Source: Octopus vulgaris
Taxonomy: Eukaryota
NCBI GenBank assembly: GCA_951406725.2
Contig: OX597829.1
Coordinates: 1-64,000 of the forward strand
DNA length: 64,000 nt
Reading direction: 5' to 3'
Position 1 is the stretch's first letter. Each line of letters begins with the position of its first letter. The notes below the pieces were generated by a model, which worked only from the letters and a program-made list of their open reading frames with translations, searched no databases and was not told where the DNA came from. Positions 57,484-64,000 of this stretch are shown piece by piece. A program made the position numbers and the translations under genes.

Positions 57484-57484
<1 letters not shown>
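55157..57484 (+). mobile_element. Non-autonomous Helitron with nested insertion
   Basis: A|TCTCTATATATAAAA start and 3' hairpin cccgc-gcgtaga-gcggg shortly before CTAG|T at 57481-57485. Pairing of the two ends into one element is inferred. Confidence 0.6.
56731..57040 (-). mobile_element. SINE family C with (GAT)n tail
   Basis: Minus strand has ggcacgtaaaaagcac sub-repeats, ggcgttaggaagg.catcc, and ends ccaacccgtgctagcacggaaaacggacgttaaacg(atg)n. Other copies at 2770-2890(-), 9018-9225(-) and 31318-31503(+). Confidence 0.75.
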
Positions 57485-57540
<56 letters not shown>

Positions 57541-58085
57541 TTGACAAGTTCTAGAGAGGAAGGAAATCTCTAGTAATAATGAAGAAATAAAAGGATTTTT
57601 TTCCAAAATTAAGACGACTTTTTTCAATATATATATATATATTGACCTCTTCCTGTCGAGAGTCCCAGATGAACCTACCTCACGGCAAGAGGTGCAAATG
57701 AGGGTAGCTATATCAAACTCCATTCTTCACCAAGTACCACATATTAGAAGAGGCTTTTAATAACAACAGCGTAGCACAAAACGGCGGTGCATCAGCATGG
57801 CCGCAGCTCTGAGCTGAAACTAGAAGAAAATATATATTATATATATATGTATATATGCATAAACGTATGTAGCATACCCAGGTACAGCCACCATCGTATC
57901 ATCATTGTCCTTAGTATCAAAGCTACCAACGTCAACAACTCCAACATTATAGTCTTCAAAATAATGTTGTTGTTGTTGATGATGATGATAGTGATGGTGA
58001 AGGCGCTACTGCGGCTGTTGCTGTTGATCATCATCATCATCATTACAGTCAGCATTGACATCACCATCATAGACCCATATGAGCA
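57038..58085. repeat. About 380-bp near-perfect inverted duplication
   Basis: 57038-57417 is the reverse complement of 57707-58085. The ORF track shows the same peptide on both strands. One mismatch seen. Confidence 0.92.
57642..57830 (+). mobile_element. CR1-group LINE 3' end, short truncated copy
   Basis: Highly similar to 49804-49990. Confidence 0.8.
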
Positions 58086-58192
58086 TCATCATAATCATAG
58101 CAAGGATCGTCGTACGCGTGATAATCAGCAACGTCATCTATAATAACGCCCATATAAACTTTACTTCCTCGAAATATGTTTGCGCGTGCTTG

Positions 58193-58264
<72 letters not shown>

Positions 58265-58407
58265 TGTGTGTATATATACATATATATATATATGTATATA
58301 ATACATATGCACATATACACGGCTTCTTAGATACACATATATGTAAATAAAAATGTGTCATGTTGCTATACACACATATATACATACATAGATCATTCAT
58401 GGATGTA

Positions 58408-58450
<43 letters not shown>

Positions 58451-58928
58451 GAGCGTGTCTGCATGTGCTTGTGAACGTATGTATGTATAGATATCGAAGT
58501 ATAAATGCATACATGTATGTATGAATTCGTGTATAGGTAAATATGTGTATGTATGTATGTATATATATATATATATATATGCGTGTGTATAAACATATGC
58601 GTATATACATAATTACATGCATACATAGTTACATACATACACACACACATACATACACATACACATACATAAACATACACAAACATACATACATACATGC
58701 ACACATACATATACACATACAAGCATACATACATACACACACACATACATACATACATACATACACACATACACACATACATACATACATACACACATAC
58801 ATACATACACACATACATACATACACACATACATACATACATACATACATACATACATACTTACATACATACATAGATACATACATACATACATACACAC
58901 ATACATACATACATACATACATACATAC

Positions 58929-58959
<31 letters not shown>

Positions 58960-59251
58960 CATACACACATACAAACATACATACATACATACATGCATAC
59001 ATACATACATACATACATACACACACACACTCACACATCCCTAACAGTTTCACAATGAGCCATTCAAGAAGCATGCAAGGGAAAAACTCACGAGAGGGAA
59101 AAAAGATGGGGAAGAGATAGTGTCATAATAAACTCTTTTCATATGTCGCTTATTGTTTATGTCTGCTTGGAACACACACATACACACACACACACATATA
59201 TGCATACAAGCATTTATACCTCTGTTATATATATTATATGTAATACACACG

Positions 59252-59287
<36 letters not shown>

Positions 59288-59302
59288 AATATAAATAAAT
59301 AA

Positions 59303-59341
<39 letters not shown>

Positions 59342-59462
59342 TACATGTGCATGCATGCGTGTGGTGTGTGTATGTTTGTGTGTAATTTGTATGTTGGTAT
59401 TGGTGTGTGGGTGTGTATATTTGTCTACGTTTCTGTTTCTGCTGTATAAGTATGATGATGAT

Positions 59463-59544
59463 GAAGAAGAAGAAGAAGAAGAAGAAGAAGAAGAAGAAGA
59501 AGAAGAAGAAGAAGAAGAAGAAGAAGAAGAAGAAGAAGAAGAAG

Positions 59545-59576
<32 letters not shown>

Positions 59577-59962
59577 TGTGTTACGATTTACAAGAGGTGA
59601 CACGCTATAATTTAATCTATGACTCACAGACAGTTTTAAAAATCAACTTTGAGATCTGTCATTAGAAATATGAGTGTCACAGTCAGATGTGTATGGATAC
59701 GCAGAGTAAAGGGAAAATAGATACATACATAAGATGAATAGATAGCTAGAGATAGACAGACGGAGAGAGAGAGAAAGAAAATGAAAGAAAATGAAAGATA
59801 CGGACGAACAGACGGACAGACAGGCAGGTAGACAGACGGATCGACGGATAGATAGACAGGAGGCAGTCAGACAGATGAACAGAGAGATAAATAGCCGGAT
59901 TGACAACAGATAGTTTGATAAATAGGTGAGGGATAGATAGATAGACAGATAAATGAATTGAG

Positions 59963-60013
<51 letters not shown>

Positions 60014-60274
60014 GTCGAAGAAGAAGAAGGAGAAGATGAAGCAGAAGGAGAAGAAGATGATGAAAAAGAAAAGGAAGAAGATAAAGGAGGGGGGAGGAGG
60101 AGAAGTAGTAGAAGAAGTAGAAGAAGAAGAAGAAGAAGAAGAAGAAGAAGAAGAAGAAGAAGAAGACGAAGAAGAAGAAGAAGACGAAGAAGAAGAAGAA
60201 GACGAAGAAGAAGAAGAAGACAAGAAGAAGAAGAAGAAGAAGAAGAAGAAGAAGAAGAAGAGGACGTAGAAGAA

Positions 60275-60306
<32 letters not shown>

Positions 60307-60475
60307 AGAAGAATAAGAAGAAGAAGAAGAAGAAGAAGACGAAGAAAAGGAAGAAGAAGAAGAAGAAAAGAAGAAGAAGAAGAAGAAGAAGAAGAAGAAG
60401 AAGAAGAAGAAGAAGAAGAAGAAGAAGAAGAAGAAGAAGAAGAAGAAGAAGAAGAAGAAGAAGAAGAAGAAGAAG
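59463..60475 (+). repeat. (GAA)n and purine-rich tracts
   Basis: Pure (GAA)n at 59463-59573 and interrupted (GAA)n at about 60110-60475. Confidence 0.95.
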
Positions 60476-60871
60476 GGGATGAGAGATTGATTGCTGGATA
60501 GTTAGGAACATATATAGGTATACTGCAAATAAATATATAAATGGATGGATGTCAAACTGATAGCCAGTAAGTTAGCAAGCCAGCTAGCTGGCTAGAAAGA
60601 TAGAGAAATAGAGAGACAAGAAGAAGGCAAGCGAGACAGCTATCTAGAATAGATAGATGAAATTGTTGGTTGACAGATGGAGGACAAACAGAAATATAAA
60701 CAGATATCTATAGATAGGTTAGCAAGCGAAAAACATTGTTAGTCTATTGGCTAGACAGACAGACAGAGAGAGAACGATCGAGAGGTATACAAATAAAAGG
60801 AAAGGTATGTGGTTAGACAGATAATAGGTGACTGACAGAGAGACAGAGAAATTGACATATATATATATAGA

Positions 60872-61435
60872 CATATTCTGTTGTGTCTGGGGAGAGTCAT
60901 TTTCTGTTTGTGCCTTATAATATAACACACTCACCGGTAAAATTTCCACTTTTTTCTTATTTTTGTTCTCCTAAAATTTTCATTGCGTCTTTTAGGAGAA
61001 TAAAAATAAGAAAAAAGTGGAGATTTTACCGGTGAGTGTGTTATATTATAAGGCACAAACAGAAAATGACTCTCCCCAGACACAACAGAATATGCTTCAA
61101 CACACGAACTCATATAAAGAATCTTGCAAACCAAATCCCAAAACGAAATATAGGCATATAGATAATTCACTATATAGATTAAGCTGGATTGAAGTGTTTT
61201 AAAGCTGCATGCTTCTGTGAAAAAATTATAAAATAAATTTGCAGACAAATTGTGCAGGTAAGAGAAATAAAAACAGATAAGTTTAGTAGATGCGGTTTAA
61301 GTGTATTTGTTTTGGGAGTGACATAGCTATTTTATATTTGGCTTCAATAATGTTATGACAGAATACAAACAGTTGAGAACGTTTGTTCAGCAGAATTCTA
61401 ATAAATAAGAAAATTTCAGTGAAAAAGTTGACCAA
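60872..61435 (-). mobile_element. Penelope-like element 3' remnant with terminal hairpin
   Basis: 105-bp arms 60872-60976/60990-61094. Minus-strand LLNKRSQLFVFCHN resembles the LLNKRSE..C.H motif I recall from PLE GIY-YIG C-termini. Confidence 0.5.
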
Positions 61436-61705
61436 TAGGCGTAGGAGTGGCTGTGTGGTAAGTAGCTTGCTTACCAGCCACATGGTCCCGGGTTCAGTCC
61501 CACTGCGTGGCACCTTGGGCAAGTGTCTTCTGCTATAGTCTCGGGCCGACCAAAGCCTTTTGAGTGGATTTGGTAGACGGAAACTGAAAGAAACCCGTCG
61601 TATATATGTATATATATATATATGTATGTGTGTGTTTGTGTGTCTGCGTTTGTCCTCCCAACATCGCTTGACAACCGATGCTGGTGTGTTTACGTCCCCG
61701 TAACC
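61436..61705 (+). mobile_element. SINE family A, 3'-truncated
   Basis: Head and body match family A; stops after ccccgtaac. Confidence 0.85.
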
Positions 61706-62042
61706 TCAAATTCAATATTTATCCTAATTATGTTGTTGGCTTCGTGGTCACAAACTTGGTCTCTTTGTTGAAAATGTTGTTTCAGTGTCACAGGGTGTGC
61801 TTCATATAACATCAGTATCGATTTGAGACCATTGTCACCTTCCTTGTGTGGGAAGTATAAAGAACACAGCGCACCACTCGGTCGTTATCGTGAGTGAGTC
61901 TAACTACTAAACTACATGCCCACATTAAAGATTTATAGGATTAAATGACACAAATTTATTGATCAATAAAACCCAACTCAAATCTCAGCTGTTATGCATT
62001 ACATTCACTCCTATCATGGAAAATGAACAATGAAAGCGAATT

Positions 62043-62483
62043 GGATCTTTTCGGTTTGACCGGCAGTTTTTAAAAATAATTTCCACGTAACTAAAAAATT
62101 TTAAACTTCGTATACTGGTAGAATGTGTTTATAAAACATCTTTTTCTCTTGACTTTATTGAGAAAATTCTATAGTTTGTAAGACAATTGTTTTTTTTTTT
62201 GTTTTTTTTTTCAATTTCTGTAATTTCAACCAATCAATGACGTCTATTGAGGTGAAAACATTCTGTGCCGTATGAATATGTCCCTCGTTTAAGAAACAGA
62301 TTGGGTTTATTTACATTTCTGAAGAAAAAAATATACCCTTTCCCCCACCCCTAACCCTAACCCTAACTAACCCTAACCCTAAAACAGATAGAAATGCAAT
62401 AGATCGATACTAGGGTCATAATTATGGGTGACAATTTCATATGACACCGCTAGAAAAAACTGCCGTTCAAACCGAAAAGATCC
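62043..62483. mobile_element. MITE with GG termini and 8-bp TSD (Merlin-like)
   Basis: About 29-bp TIRs ggatcttttcggtttga(c/a)cggcagttttt. TSD agcgaatt at 62035-62042 and 62484-62491. Internal (CCCTAA)n. Confidence 0.8.
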
Positions 62484-63385
62484 AGCGAATTTGTATTTTC
62501 ATTTTTTAAGTTTAAGTTTCATTTAATCCAACAGACAAACAATTCAACATCACAGTATTTTAGAAGGAAGTAATCCCGCAGAAAAAACAAACAAACAAAA
62601 AAGAAACCCAAACCTCACAGGGAATAAATTAATTAAAATAATGATTAATTACAAATAAATTAGAACACAATCGAATATATGTGAGAATTAAAATTGTAAA
62701 ATTTTAATTTAAGAATTTTTTTTGTTCACTTTATTCAAGAAATTGATATATTTGAATTGAATGTATGTATGATCGAAAGCGTTACAACCGTGACCATCCT
62801 GTTGTTTTGTATATTTTTTTTAATATATTGTTTCATGTGACCTATATTTAAAATGTTTCACTTAAAAGTTACTTGGCTGCAATTTTTTGTTGACTGCACA
62901 ACTGGGTGGTGATTCCCTGTTTGGGTCACCAGAGCCTGATGTTCGATATATCACATGCAATAATTTACAAATGTGTTTTTCAATCGGGACCACAATGATT
63001 TAAAGATTATTTTGGATGTAACTTTTTGCTAGCTGTACAACTGCGTGGTGGCTCCCCCGTTTGATTCATCGAAAACCGGTCTAGTGTATATCGCATGTAA
63101 TTTACAAACGGAGCCAAAATGATAGAGTGACTTCGATGATAAATATGAGGCGGTTAGAGACGTTAAATGTTGGTGATGGTAAACAAAAGAATGATTATGG
63201 CAGTAAATTCTTCTCAACAGTGGATGGAGTAGCAGGTATTTTGATCAAAATGAAACTTGCAAATTACTGTTGCAAATGTTTCTACAGAATTTTTGCTTAA
63301 CTTCAAAGTTTATATATATATATATATATACACATACTATTGCTACATCAGATTAATCCTTAATTTCAATATTGTCAATATATAT

Positions 63386-63947
63386 ATAATAGAAATATTA
63401 AAATAACTAAGTCTCTCTAAAAGAGAACAGCGGCAGCGTTCCCGAAAAATAATAGTTATCGCCATACTAATATGGCATTCTTATAAAAATAAGAAAAAAG
63501 CTGTCCGCTTATTAGCTCCATGAGGCCATCGCCTTAAGTTAGCTATTTGATACACAAACTGTATCCATATAACCTTCGAACAAGGGAGGTCAGTCGCTCC
63601 ACACTACTTGCCGCTGTTCTCTTTTAGAGAGACTTAGTTATTTTAATATTTCTATTATTGAAAACAAGTGGATGTATTCCACCGAAACTAGGTAAATAAA
63701 ACCATCGAACAGAGATTGTCGGAAGCGACACCTACTGGCTGGCTACGCTGCATTGAAAAGGGGCAATACCCCGAAACGCGTCTGTAGCTGCCGGTCAAGT
63801 AGTGTGGAGCGACTGACCTCCCTTGTTCGAAGGTTATATGGATACAGTTTGTGTATCAAATAGCTAACTTAAGGCGATGGCCTCATGGAGCTAATAAGCG
63901 GACAGCTTTTTTCTTATTTTTATAAGAATGCCATATTAGTATGGCGA

Positions 63948-63954
<7 letters not shown>
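63386..63954 (+). mobile_element. Penelope-like terminal-repeat (pLTR) fold-back element
   Basis: Interleaved inverted repeats 63386-63435/63609-63658 and 63452-63610/63796-63954, HHR motifs, and (TA)n flanks. Confidence 0.65.
63747..63788 (+). ncRNA. Hammerhead ribozyme motif with U3-A8 core
   Basis: GCTGCA-TTGAAAA-GGGG caata CCCC-GAAAC-GC-GTC-TGTAGC: 6-bp stem I, 4-bp stem II, palindromic ACGCGT stem III, GUC triplet. Confidence 0.75.

Positions 63955-64000
<46 letters not shown>

Noticed and set aside
56992-58143. Duplicated protein-coding gene (identical MHQHGRSS.. ORFs on both strands)
   Set aside because: By-product of the inverted duplication of a LINE tail plus low-complexity DNA.
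59355-60511. Poly-E/K/F/S/L ORFs
   Set aside because: Translations of (GAA)n tracts; no splice or domain evidence.
62348-62383. Telomere or chromosome-fusion scar
   Set aside because: Only about five units, enclosed within TIRs and a TSD.

Overview
AT-rich, microsatellite-dense eukaryotic DNA. The repeat landscape points to a coleoid cephalopod, probably Octopus (inference, not checked). The only host gene I can support is the 3' end of a Meis/homothorax TALE-homeobox gene on the + strand: an 81-nt internal exon at 14583-14663 and a terminal coding exon at 15577-15923 ending QLQDIHA*. The homeodomain exons must lie upstream of the window. The rest is transposon-derived. It includes a 5'-truncated but open R4/Dong-type RLE retrotransposon inserted in (TAA)n, CR1-group and RTE LINE fragments, at least four SINE families, two mariner-type relics, two Helitrons, and a Merlin-like MITE carrying (CCCTAA)n. 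The most interesting signal is a set of short fold-back elements embedded in (TA)n that carry minimal hammerhead-ribozyme (HHR) motifs of the kind known from Penelope-like elements (PLEs). One has a U3-A8 compensatory core, and one fuses a tRNA-like Pol III head to an HHR tail, making it a candidate PLE-mobilised ribozyme SINE. Also notable are a SINE/LINE shared 3' stem-loop with covariation, a ~380-bp templated inverted duplication at a SINE junction, and a CpG-decay boundary near 34-35 kb. Almost all ORFs in the supplied track are microsatellite artefacts. All family names rest on motif recognition by eye; no searches were run.
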